From Octopus vulgaris (lineage: Eukaryota): DNA of 64,000 nt. A program made the translations under genes and the position numbers. The stretch lies in NCBI GenBank assembly GCA_951406725.2, contig OX597821.1, forward strand, positions 14,756,001-14,820,000. The letters run 5' to 3'. How positions within the stretch are numbered: the stretch's first letter is position 1; the number at the start of each line of letters is the position of its first letter. Below the pieces are notes generated by a model, which was not told the origin of the DNA, did not search any database, and saw only the letters and a program-made list of their open reading frames with translations. Below are positions 38,828-54,065 of the stretch, in pieces.

Positions 38828-38891
<64 letters not shown>

Positions 38892-39006
38892 TATATATAT
38901 ATATCACTTTTCAACATTCTAGATATCGAAACACTGCCGGTTCTTTATTAATCATCCATCATATGTATATATATACACACACACACACACAAACACACAA
39001 ACACAA

Positions 39007-39046
<40 letters not shown>

Positions 39047-39408
39047 GTATATATACATATACATACATACATATATATTTACATATATGTATGTGTGTAT
39101 GTATGTATGTTTGTATGTATGTATGTATGTGTGCATGAATGAATGTACATTGACAAAATATTTCGAGTACCCTGTTTCAGGTAAGCACGTTTCACAGAGG
39201 AGGCCCTGCATGACTGAAACATGTTCTTAGTTGTCCCTACAGCTATTAAAGATCAGATTATTTCACTCTAAGTCGCCTGACAACCGGAAACGAGAGACAG
39301 CAAACAAATCAAGTAGACTCGTTTCTGAAAAAGTGTTATTCAACTCAACCTAACTGTATTATTTAATATACTTTTTATTTTTTTGCTTAATTGCAATGTA
39401 AACCAGTA

Positions 39409-43340
<3,932 letters not shown>

Positions 43341-43590
43341 TTCCCGTACGTTTTTGTAAATCCAGTGCCCTAAAGTGATGCTCGTTTCGTACCCTACAAC
43401 CTTTCCTCCATTCACCCTTATAATATTTTGCCAATATCGCATGTCATGTCGAAAAGATTAAACATGTAAGCGTAGGAAATAGATGAGGGGTTACACTTGA
43501 TGTTTTAATTAAAATTTGATAAAATAGCTAAAATGTTAAGAAGTGTACTTTTAAGTTTCTTTCAAAATGAAATGTACAGGAAGATTCTTT

Positions 43591-43651
<61 letters not shown>

Positions 43652-43774
43652 GGAGTACACACAAAAATGTGAAACAAGGTGGAAAAAAGAGTACTCAAAT
43701 ACCAGTGGTAGAGTAATATGCTTTATTTAAAGCAGCAGAAAATTCAACAAAATTTTCTGCTGCTTTAAATAAAG

Positions 43775-43805
<31 letters not shown>

Positions 43806-43989
43806 AATCGAACCTTAATGGCCCTCAATTACAACTTGGGTAACTAGATTATGTCATGGTTTTCTTTTTGTGTTAATTATACTTTCAAAGGAAAAGAAGC
43901 CCAATGCAAATGTGAAAACATAACTCTAATTCCTATTCTTTATAAAATTATCTGATTCACTGTTTCTTTGTGTTTAAATGTGAAAATCA

Positions 43990-44620
43990 ATATAAAAGAA
44001 AAGATTCCTAAGACCGATAGGCAAACACTTCCTAAACAACAAGTGTTATAAAATTATCTCCGTTAGAAACTTCTTGAAAGTGACATATAGTAACACCTAG
44101 AACATTAAAAAGATTTTAGCCAGCCAAAAATTCTAATCGTTGATAAGTGCACTCACAAGAATAAACCCACATGCAAGCTAAACCACGCCTGCAACACAAA
44201 AAGCGATTTCATACGAATCGAAAATCAGTCCCAAAATCAACAACAAAACAACGAACACGAAAAAAATAAAGAATATCCGAATAAATTTTGAAAACAAAAA
44301 AGGGAAAAGATATTGTAACCCATACCACTTCCATACGGCTCTTTAGAGATAAAAACAAAATGATCTCTACTACTTTGTCGAAATACATCTGGCAACTCAG
44401 AGAACAACCAGATTACATGGCTAAGTGGAGAATCAGAGAGAAGAGAAACGAGCCATACATCATCAAAACAAAATGATGCGTTGCATGTACTGATCAGAAA
44501 GCTGTTATATACTACAATTTGCAAAAGCTTCCAAAGAATACGTGAATATCAGCTCACAAGGTTTTTGACTCTACGGACGTTTCTCCAATCTTTTGTCGAC
44601 GTTCCAAAAATCTATTGAAT
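43990..44620 (+). pseudogene. Penelope-like element remnant (linker plus GIY-YIG endonuclease region)
   Basis: Translations IGKHFLNNKCYKII..RNFLKVTYSNT*NIKKILAS and HTTSIRLFRDKNKMISTTLSKYIWQLREQ..KWRI..EPY...C..C match PLE motifs KHF...L.KIFNRN..KVSYSC..N and ST.LSKYIW.LK....I.W.I. Confidence 0.75.
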
Positions 44621-45662
44621 AACTATTAGGATATATATTATATTTATACATATATATTCAATACTTTATTTTCGCGATGTCTACTTTAATTTACGGTTCT
44701 TGATTTTCTCATCAAACCGAGAAGTTAAAATTTTCCTTTAGATTGTTTCAGTCAACTGAGTTACTTCCCTTACATCCAAATTGAATATGATTTCATACGC
44801 TAAATACAATGAAGGGTGCCACTTTCGAAATATTCAAGTGTTATCATTCTTATAGGTCTGTGCGCATGACATACGATTTCATAATTTATAAGGTCATGAA
44901 AAAAAATTTCAAATGCAAAACCGTTCGGTAATGGACGATCAACTAACGCAATTATACTGTATTAATACACTTATTCACTCTAGACTAGCGATGAATCCTC
45001 TCTAGTTTTTCTATATAACCACTCAGTGTTAAATATTACGAAAAACACACACACGCACACACGCGCGTATATTTACAGTATTAATAAAATTGAAAGAGCA
45101 TGTTTGTATTTTAAGTCTTATATAACATACAAATTTTTCAGTACCTTGTGTGCGTGTGTGTCTGTATGTGCGTGTATATTGAATATGCTTTCAGTAATAT
45201 ATGTACGTATATATACATTTACACACACACACATTTATAGTTGAAATTTATAGAAAAGCAAAAGACAAAGGCTGGTGTACGAACAACAAGAAAGAGCATT
45301 AGTTTGACGCTCAGGAAAATGAAAATGTCTTTTATGTTTCAAGCCTACGCTCTTCAGCAGAAAGGTATAAGAGAAAATAAACAGAGAGAGAATGAAAAAA
45401 AAAAAAAAACTAGTAGATTTCAGGGGTCCAGCATGACGAATGTATGAATATATATATATATATATAAATGATGAGGGTAGAAATTGATATTAATCAATTA
45501 AAACCAGTGGGTTAGCATATTTAAAAAATCCGAAGATTAAAAATTATATTACATACAAAATTAAGAGGAATGGCCACTAAAGTGGTCATTCCTCTTAATT
45601 TTTTTTTTGTGTGTGTGTGTATATGTATATATATATGTGTGTGTATATATATATGTATGTAT

Positions 45663-45910
45663 ATCATCATCATCGTTTAACGTCCGTTTTCCGCGCTAGC
45701 ACAGGTTGGACGGTTCGACTGGGGTCTGGGAAGCCAGGGGCTGCACCAGGCTCCAGTCTGATCTGGCAGAGTTTCTACAGCTGGGTGCCCTTCCTAACGC
45801 CAACCACTCCGCGAGTGTAGTGGGTGCTCTTTACGTGCCACCTGCACAGGTGCCAGGGGGGTCCGGCATCGGCCACGATCGGTTGGAGCTTTTAATGTGC
45901 CACCGGCACA
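45663..45910 (-). mobile_element. RTE LINE 3' UTR/tail copy (family D)
   Basis: Reverse complement of GCACCCACTACACTC..GAGTGGTTGGCGTTAGGAAGGGCA...GGAAAACGGACGTTAAACGATGATGATG, the same as the 3' end of the LINE at 50905-51958. Confidence 0.8.
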
Positions 45911-46241
45911 ATATATATATTTAAATATATATATATATAAACATGCATACGTACATACATATATGCATACATACACACATACATACAGACTTAAACACAT
46001 ACATACTGATCATTTTCCTTCCCAATGCAATTTCCACTGTCAGCTGATCTACTAAGATATTCAGACAATGGCATCAAGACCTCCCGAACAGATTCAATAT
46101 TATAGCTAACATTCTGACAGCTTAGCCATCATAGTACCAGAGATATGTGTATATGTAGTTATGCATGTATGCATGCATATAGTATTGCATTTTGCATTAT
46201 ATTAACCATTTGATATATAATACATGATATACATATGCGTA

Positions 46242-46575
46242 TGTATAGTGCCATAGATCCCAGCATCACTATCAAAATACAGGACCAGACACTGCAACAA
46301 CTTGGGTTGCATGGGCCCACAGAACTTCAATATCCTTCCAAAATGCCTGAGAGACCTGCATTGAGTGAATGTAGGTGTCTTCAAAACAAAACTGGATCTT
46401 CTCCTGTCAAGGGTTCCAGATGGGTCTACCACATGTCAGGAAACACAGATAAGGACAGCAGCATCAAACTCCCTCGTTCACCAAATACCACATATGAGAG
46501 GAGGTTTCAAATAATGGTGTAGCACAGCCAATGGTGGTGCCTCAACATGACCACAACTTTAAAGCTGAAACAATT
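46242..46575 (+). pseudogene. CR1/L2-group LINE 3' end (ORF2 C-terminus plus tail)
   Basis: A frame not in the ORF track reads CNNLGCMGPQNFNILPKCLRDLH*VNVGVFKTKLDLLLSRVPD...RTAASNSLVHQ (GP.LFN.LP..LR...FK..LD..L..VPD motif); tail GGTGGTGCCTCAACATGACCACAACTTTAAAGCTGAAAC. Confidence 0.75.
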
Positions 46576-46587
46576 TAAATAATTAAA

Positions 46588-46659
<72 letters not shown>

Positions 46660-46854
46660 TGTATTTGGTTTGCAAGATTCTTTATGTGAATTTGTGCATT
46701 GAAGCATATTTTATTGTGTCTGGGGAGAGTCATTCTCTTTTAGTCATTCTACAATTTTAGAAAAAAATAATAATAAATGAGTGGAAATCAAATCAGTGAG
46801 TATATTAAGTAATAAGGCACTGAAAGAGACTGACTCTCCCCAGACACAATATAC

Positions 46855-46895
<41 letters not shown>

Positions 46896-46954
46896 GACAC
46901 ACACATACATAGACACATAGATATATAATATATGTATACATATATATATATATA

Positions 46955-46985
<31 letters not shown>

Positions 46986-46989
46986 CAAC

Positions 46990-47262
46990 ACCAGTACCCA
47001 ATAACTGACTCCTGTGCTGGTGGCACGTAAAAAGCACCATCCAAACGTGATCGCTGCCAGGCCCACCTAACTGGCTCTTGTGCCATTGGCATGTAGAAAT
47101 CACCCACTGCTCTCGGAGTGGTTGGCATTAGGAAGGGCATCCAGCTGTAGAAACTCTGCCAGACCAGTTGGAGCCTAGTGCAGCTGCTGGCTCTCCAGAC
47201 CTCAGTCAAACCATGCAACCCATGCCAGCATGGAAAACAGACGTTAATCGATGATGATGCTA
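46990..47262 (+). mobile_element. RTE LINE 3' UTR/tail copy (family D)
   Basis: GGCACGTAAAAAGCACC units, GGAGTGGTTGGCATTAGGAAGGGCATCCAGCTGTAGAAAC and a (GAT)n tail. Confidence 0.8.
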
Positions 47263-47529
47263 ATGATAATATATTCATAGTCAACAGGTGAAAACCAGAG
47301 ATGCTCAATATAGAAATCACTTAGTAGTGCTCAACAGATTTGAACTTACACCTCAAAATATTTACTGAGGTCTAAGTTTGCAGGTTAAAGTGTAGCTATA
47401 AGAGGAATCCAGGTTAGCAGATATGAAGATAAAGATGCAGATAAATAAAACTGCTTTGGCTAGATATATAAAATATACTTACATATACAGATGTCTGTAT
47501 ATTGTATATATCCACCCTACTCCATATAC

Positions 47530-47962
47530 CTATCTGAGATGCTTCAGCAAGGTATTAAATAGCCGTGGCCCCATGAATCACCAAGCTATTGCAGTACATG
47601 GTCCTTGCTTTAGAAAGGATTGCTAAGAATTGGGAACAGTACAGTGATGTCCATTTCAGGAGCTGGTGTTGCTCTTGATATTAGCTTGGTGCCAACCCCT
47701 CGAGAATCTTCCATAGGTATATCACTGCATATCTCTCCCATCTTCACTCTAGGGAGTAGAGTCATAGCTCTTTCAGTCTTTCCCAGTAGCTCAGCTGTTC
47801 CATTGATGCAATCTGCCAGGTGTAGCACTGCCAAACTTCTCCCAGTTCCACTAATTTGACACTGTGGGGTGACAACAGTTGAGAGTAGTAGTCCGGATGG
47901 CAAGAGGACAAATGTCCTCTATAGAACCAGCATAGTTTCCTGACCCTTTCTTCTGAAAGTTT
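47530..47962 (-). pseudogene. CR1/L2-group LINE ORF2 fragment, same family as 46242
   Basis: Minus-strand translation with stops and frameshifts: DYYSQLLSPH...SMEQLSYWERLKEL*LYSLE*RWERYAVIYLWKILEGLAP...YCNSL...GPRLFNTLLKHLR. Confidence 0.8.
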
Positions 47963-48147
47963 TTAGAATCTATCTGGCTATTTGCTTGCACATTGCCACC
48001 ATATTGGTGCTATACACGTGAAACAAGGTGTTGTTCATATTTATCTCCATATATATATATAATTGAAAGGTTGAAAGGTGTGACAAATTTGTGTATTATA
48101 TATGAAGTTTTAGAATTCATTCTTGCATGTAATATATATATATACAT

Positions 48148-48181
<34 letters not shown>

Positions 48182-48261
48182 GCATGTATGTATGTATATA
48201 TATATGTATATATATATACATATCATATATAAGACAATGCTTATAATATTTATAATATATA

Positions 48262-48346
<85 letters not shown>

Positions 48347-48398
48347 CATATATATATGTATGTATGTATATCTCTATCTATCTATCTGTCTGTCATAG

Positions 48399-48456
48399 GA
48401 ATTTAGAAAGTGTTCAGGAATATAATAACAGACTCTGCCAGACAACTCTGAGCAGT
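48399..48456 (+). other. Candidate 58-nt internal exon (unverified)
   Basis: Pyrimidine-rich TCTATCTGTCTGTCATAG acceptor, GTAAGT donor at 48457, one open frame NLESVQEYNNRLCQTTLSS; no recognised homologue. Confidence 0.2.
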
Positions 48457-48660
48457 GTAAGTAACAACTGTACACCAATACCAGTTACATATTGAGGGTA
48501 ACCACTTTAAATATATACTTTAAATATATACATGAGAACTGGTCTGTTGTCAAGTGAATGGAAATCCTTGACATATTAGGTTAAATGAATTGTAACACTC
48601 AGTTACAGAAAGAGACCGTGATTAACACTTTACATTTGAATATCTGCAATAATAATGACA

Positions 48661-48669
48661 CCAGTAGTA

Positions 48670-48718
<49 letters not shown>

Positions 48719-48773
48719 CAACGACAATAGCAACATCAGCAGTAGTAGTTGTAGCTGTAGTAATAGTAGTTGC

Positions 48774-48812
<39 letters not shown>

Positions 48813-48846
48813 GGTGGTGGTGGTGGTAGTAGTAGTAGTAGTAGTT

Positions 48847-48943
<97 letters not shown>

Positions 48944-48944
48944 C

Positions 48945-49012
<68 letters not shown>

Positions 49013-49061
49013 TAGTAGCAGTAGTAGTAGTAGTAGTAGCAGCAGCAGTAATAGTAGTTGC

Positions 49062-49100
<39 letters not shown>

Positions 49101-49357
49101 GGTGGTGGTGGTGGTAGTAGTAGTAGTAGCAGTAGTAATAGTAGTAGTAGTAGTAGTTGTAGCAGCAGTAGTAGTAGTAGTAGTTGTAGTAGTAGCAGCA
49201 GTAGTAGTAGTAGTTGTAGCAGCAGGAGCAGCACCAGTAGTAGTAGTAGTAGTAGCAGCAGCAGCAACAGCAGTGGCAGCAGTAGCAGTAGTAATAGCAG
49301 TAGTAATAGTAGTAGTAGTAGTAACAGAAGTAGCAGCAGTAGCAGCAGCAGTAGTAA
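48661..49357. repeat. About 700-bp (AGT)n/(AGC)n/(GGT)n trinucleotide array
   Basis: Direct reading; a block with AATAGTAGTTGC followed by (GGT)n occurs twice. Confidence 0.95.
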
Positions 49358-49736
49358 CCGATGTATGTGAATCGTTATGCATTTATAATATTCCAGCAGA
49401 ATCAGTTCTGTTATCCAAGGCAGAGGATGTTTTACTAGTTATATTCCAGTGTTAGCAGCACTAATTCTTGTAGCTGCAGCATTGAGTTGTCATAGTAGTA
49501 ACATTATCAGAGGCACATGCATAGCCATGTGGTTTATATGTTGACTTCACCACTGTGTGTTTCTAGGTTTTGATCCTAATGCTTGTCATTTTAAACAAGT
49601 GTTTCCCACTGTGTTTTTCACCGTGCTTTCTAATGTAGCCTCAGCTCGTCCAATGCTTTCTGAGAACTTTGTAGATGGAAACTGAGAAGAAGCCCATCAT
49701 ATCCGTATGTCTATAGATATATATGTGTTTGTATGT

Positions 49737-50086
49737 GAAGGCGCGTGGCTCAGTGGTTAGAGCGTCGAGCTTACGATCGTGAGGTTGTGAGCTCGAATCC
49801 CGGACCGGGCTGTGTGTTGTGTTCTTGAGCAAGACACTTTATTTCACGTTGCTCCAGTTCACTCAGCTGTAGAAGTGAGTTGCGACGTCACAGGTGCCAA
49901 GCTGTATCGGCCCTTGCCTTTCCCTTGGACAACATCGGTGACATAGAGAGGGGAGGCCAGTATGCATGGGCGACTGCTGGTCTTCCATAAAAGAATTAAA
50001 AAAAACAACCTTGCCCAGATTTGTGCCTCAGAGGGTAACTCTCTAGGTGCAAACCCATGGTCAGTGTCTGACCGAAGGGGGTCACC
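49737..50086 (+). mobile_element. tRNA-derived SINE family E (CORE-like central segment)
   Basis: GAAGGCGCGTGGCTCAGTGGTTAGAGCG (A box)...GAGCTCGAATCCC (B box), then GTTGTGTTCTTGAGCAAGACACTTTATTTCACGTTGCTCCAGTTCACTCAGCTGTA. Confidence 0.75.
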
Positions 50087-50109
50087 AATCACCAATGTAT
50101 GTGTGTGGG

Positions 50110-50460
50110 ACTCACGGAGGCAATGATGAAGATCTTTGGCATTATGTCATGCTTAAGAAGAACAGACATCAAGCTGAGCAAAATCGCAGTCATGGCAGAT
50201 AACGGTGTGGTGCAAATTGGCACTCGTGCTAGTGACATGTAAACGAACCCTGGTGTCACACAAATGGCACCTGTGCCGGTGGTATGGAAAAGCACTCATT
50301 GCACTCTCAGAGTGGTTGGCATTATGAAGGACATCCAGCCGTAGAAAACCATGCCAAATTAGGCTGGAGTCTGGTGCAGTCTTCCAGTGTGCCAGCCCAG
50401 TGAAACTGTCCAGCCCATGCTAGCATGGACAACAGACATTAAATGAAGATGCTGATGATG
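50110..50460 (+). mobile_element. RTE LINE 3' UTR/tail copy (family D), diverged
   Basis: GAGTGGTTGGCATTATGAAGGACATCCAGCCGTAGAAA...CATGCTAGCATGGACAACAGACATTAAATGAAGATG. Confidence 0.7.
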
Positions 50461-50497
50461 TATATACAAATACCAGTAATATATATATATATATATA

Positions 50498-50755
50498 AAG
50501 GTGCATGCCCTAGTGGTTAGGTTGTTGCACATGCATGACGGTTGGACCGTGGATTCGATTCCCAGATTGGGCTGCAAGTTGTGTTCAGGAGCAAAACACT
50601 TCATTTTTATGTTGCTTCAGTACCTCTTTGATCAAGTGGGTGTGTTGGCCTGCTTGCCTAACCAGCAGGGTGGTGTCATTTGATGGCTAAAATAATGCAA
50701 AGTACATAGTGACCATTGTAACAACATCTGATAGTCTGGTCAGTCCCATGATCCT

Positions 50756-50760
<5 letters not shown>
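50498..50760 (+). mobile_element. tRNA-derived SINE family F, diverged, flanked by (TA)n
   Basis: CCTAGTGGTTAGG (A box-like) and GGATTCGATTCCC (B box); the 3' part is shared with 29029-29133. Confidence 0.65.
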
Positions 50761-50803
<43 letters not shown>

Positions 50804-50859
50804 CATACATATACATATGTATATATATTTGTATGTATGTATATATATGTGTGTGTAAT

Positions 50860-50903
<44 letters not shown>

Positions 50904-50904
50904 C

Positions 50905-51958
50905 AAAGGGCCTCTCGCTCTGAGTAAACGGTAGACTGTATGACACATGTGTACAAACAGCCATGCTACATGGCAGTTAAACACGGGCCGTGACTGCTGA
51001 GGACATGTGTAAGCTCACAAGGAATGAAGCCAGTATGCTCCACTGGATGTGTAATGTCAGTGTGCATACTTGACAGTATGTAAGTACCTTGAGAGAAAAG
51101 ATGGACCTAAGAAGCATCAGATGTGGTGTGCAAGAGAGACGACTGCGCTGGTATGGTCATGTGGCGAGAATGGATGAGGATAGCTGTGTGAAAAACTGCC
51201 ACACCCTAGCAGTTGAGGGAACTTGTGGAAGAGGTAGACCCAGGAACACCTGGGATGAGGTGGTGAAGCATGACCTTCGAACATTAGGCCGCACTGAGGA
51301 AATGACTAGTGACCGAGACTTTTGGAAATGTACTGTGCTTGAGAAGATCCGGCAAGCCAAGTCAGACCATAAACTCATGGCCTATGCCAGGGGTGTAACC
51401 AGCTCACTTATGCATACCTTTCCTTCATTGGACACTGAACTCTGTTTGCAAAGACCTGTTGAGGCAAGTGAAATTGAAATTGAAATCAAATTCGATGACT
51501 GGCATCCATGCTAGTGGAGCGCTAAGAGCACCATCCAAGTGTGGTCTTTGCCAGAGCAGCTAACTGGCTTCCATACCAGTGACACATAAAATGCACCATT
51601 TGAGTGTGATCGTAACTAGCGTCGCCTTACTGGCACTTGTGCTGGTGGCATGTGAAAAAAAACATTTGAGTGAGGTCATTGCCAGTGCCACTGGACTGGC
51701 TCCTGTGCAGGTGGCACGTAAAAAACACCATTTGAGTGTGGCCATCGCCAGTACCACATGACTGGTCCTTGTGCCAGAGGCACGTAAAAGCACCCACTAC
51801 ACTCTCAGAGTGGTTGGTGTTAGGAAGGGCATCCAGCTGTAGAAACTCTGCCAGATCAAATTGGAACCTGGTGCAGCCGTCTGGTTTGCCAGTCCTGAGT
51901 CAAATTGTTCAACCCATGCTGGCATGGAAAGCGGACGTTAAACAATGCTGATGATGAT
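50905..51958 (+). pseudogene. RTE-clade LINE, 5'-truncated (RT C-terminus, tandemly repeated 3' UTR, (GAT)n tail)
   Basis: [24 protein letters not shown]...EASMLHWMC and ORF 51089 RRLRWYGHVARMDEDSCVK...GRGRPRNTWDEVVKHDL are classic RTE C-terminal motifs. Confidence 0.88.
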
Positions 51959-52455
51959 ATATATATGTACAAAAAATGGATCGGATGTCCTTCCTGATCC
52001 ACATGTTCATAAGGCCAGTTTCCAAGATTCTGTGGCATATATATTCCCCTCGTAGATGGGTTGTCAGTCCATTGTAGGATTACTCATTTTTGTTGGCTGA
52101 GTGAACTGGAGTAACACGAGACAAAGTGTTTGCCTCATGAATACAATGCAAGGCCCTGTCCAGGAACCTTATGATCATGAGTGCGACAATTTAGCCGTTG
52201 AGTCATATGCCTCCCCATATATGTATATATGTATACATATACAATCACACACACACATATATATGCAGCACAGAATTTTCTCAGTGAACAGGTCACAGTC
52301 TCAAGGCGACTAAAATATTTTGGCAAATTAAATTTAAATGTTGAAGTGAATCTAACAGTTTTTGTGTGTTTCTTAAATGGCTTATAAACACCTTCCATGC
52401 TGCAATTGCTTTCGTTCCAGCACACGATCTCAGATCAGGTCATCTCTGTTTGTAT

Positions 52456-52806
52456 ACTGCATGACATCTTGGGCAAGTGTCTTCTGCTATAGCCCCGGGC
52501 CGACCAATGCCTTGTGAGTGGATTTGGTAGACGGAAACTGAAAGAAGCCCATCATATATATGTATATATATATATATATATGTGTGTGTATATGTTTGTG
52601 TGTCTGTGTTTGCCCCCCTAGCATTGCTTGACAACCGATGCTGGTGTGTTTACGTCCCTGTCACTTAGCAGTTCGGCAAAAAGAGACCAATAGAATAAGT
52701 ACTGGGCTTACAAAGAATAAGTCCCGGGGTCGATTTGCTCGACTAAAGGCGGTGCTCCAGCATGGCCGCAGTCAAATGACTGAAACAAGTAAAAGAGTAA
52801 AAGAGT
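52456..52806 (+). mobile_element. SINE family A, 5'-truncated
   Basis: Family A body and tail. Confidence 0.85.
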
Positions 52807-53194
52807 ATATATGTAAATTTACATATATTTATACAAATGCCAAAACAGACAGTGAAGCCTGACTCCATCTCCTGCCTAGCCAGCACCTGTCGAAAAGTCC
52901 CACCCATGCCAGAATCGGAAATGGACGTTAAATGATGATGATGATAAATGTACATACACACACGCACATACATATGCACGTACATATATACATATATTAA
53001 TATATATGTGTTGTGTTTATATTCAACAGCTTTTGTTGACTAAATTCACTTACAGGGCATTGGTGGTGTTGGTTGGCCTTGGGCTACAATAGAAGACATT
53101 TGCCCCAGGTGTGACACAGTGTGATTGAATCTGAAACTGCTTGTTTATAAAGCGAACTTCTTTATTCCATAATCATGTCTGTTCTTATGTATAA

Positions 53195-53493
53195 CTAGCA
53201 GTATCACCCGGCGTTGCTCGGGTTTGTAAGGGAAATAACTATATAAGCATTTTTAGAGAGTTACTTCCCTTATATAATAGCAAAAAAATGCATTAAAAAT
53301 GGGGAAAATTGATGGTAAATTTTTTTTGAAATCGTAGACTCATCGTAGACGCGCGCTAATACCCAGAAGGGCTCGATATGAATCACGACTATAAGATACC
53401 CGGTTTTGGTTAAACTGCACCGCAAAATGTGGGAGTAGTTAGGAATCTAAATCATAGGAGACAGACACACAACTTGGCTTTTATATATAAAGA
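53195..53493 (-). mobile_element. Non-autonomous Helitron (copy 3, short form)
   Basis: Reverse complement A|TCTTTATATATAAAAG...CCCGAGCAACGCCGGGTGATACTGCTAG|T; 299 bp. Confidence 0.85.
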
Positions 53494-53665
53494 TGTCACT
53501 AATAAAAAGATACAACAATGCAATAAGAGTAGACTTAGTGTTGCAACTGTGTCAGCAACAGCTTTACTAGCAGCAGCAGCAGCAGCAGCAGTAGTAGTGG
53601 AAGTAAGATTCATTACTAAGAATGATGTACGACCTCAAAATCTATATGAATGGGCTTTTATCATT

Positions 53666-54065
53666 ACTCTTTACTCTTTTACTTGTTTCAGTCATTTGAC
53701 TGCGGCCATGCTGGAGCACCGCCTTTAGTCGGGCAAATCGACCCCCAAGGCTTATTCTTTGTAAGCCCAGTACTTATTCTATCGGTCTCTTTTGCCAAAC
53801 TGCTAAGTGACGGGGACGTAAACACACCAGCATCGGTTGTCAAGCAATGCTAGGGGGACAAACACAGACACACAAACACATACACACACATACATATATA
53901 TATACATATATACGACAGGCTTTTTTCAGTTTCCGTCTACCAAATCCACTCACAAGGCTTTGGTCGGCCCGAGGCTATAGTAGAAGACACTTGCCCAAGG
54001 TGCCATGCAGTGGGACTGAACCTGGAACCATGTGGTTGGTTAGCAAGCCACCTACCACACAGCCA
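53666..54065 (-). mobile_element. SINE family A
   Basis: Reverse complement of the family A consensus. Confidence 0.85.

Noticed and set aside
46235-46522. ORF-track peptides at 46235 and 47610 as host genes
   Set aside because: Other frames show stop-interrupted CR1/L2-group ORF2 motifs, so the listed ORFs are off-frame artefacts.
48585-49455. Long ORFs of 222-266 aa (poly-S, poly-V, poly-L, poly-T)
   Set aside because: All arise from a trinucleotide array that is open in several frames on both strands; no domain content or splice context.
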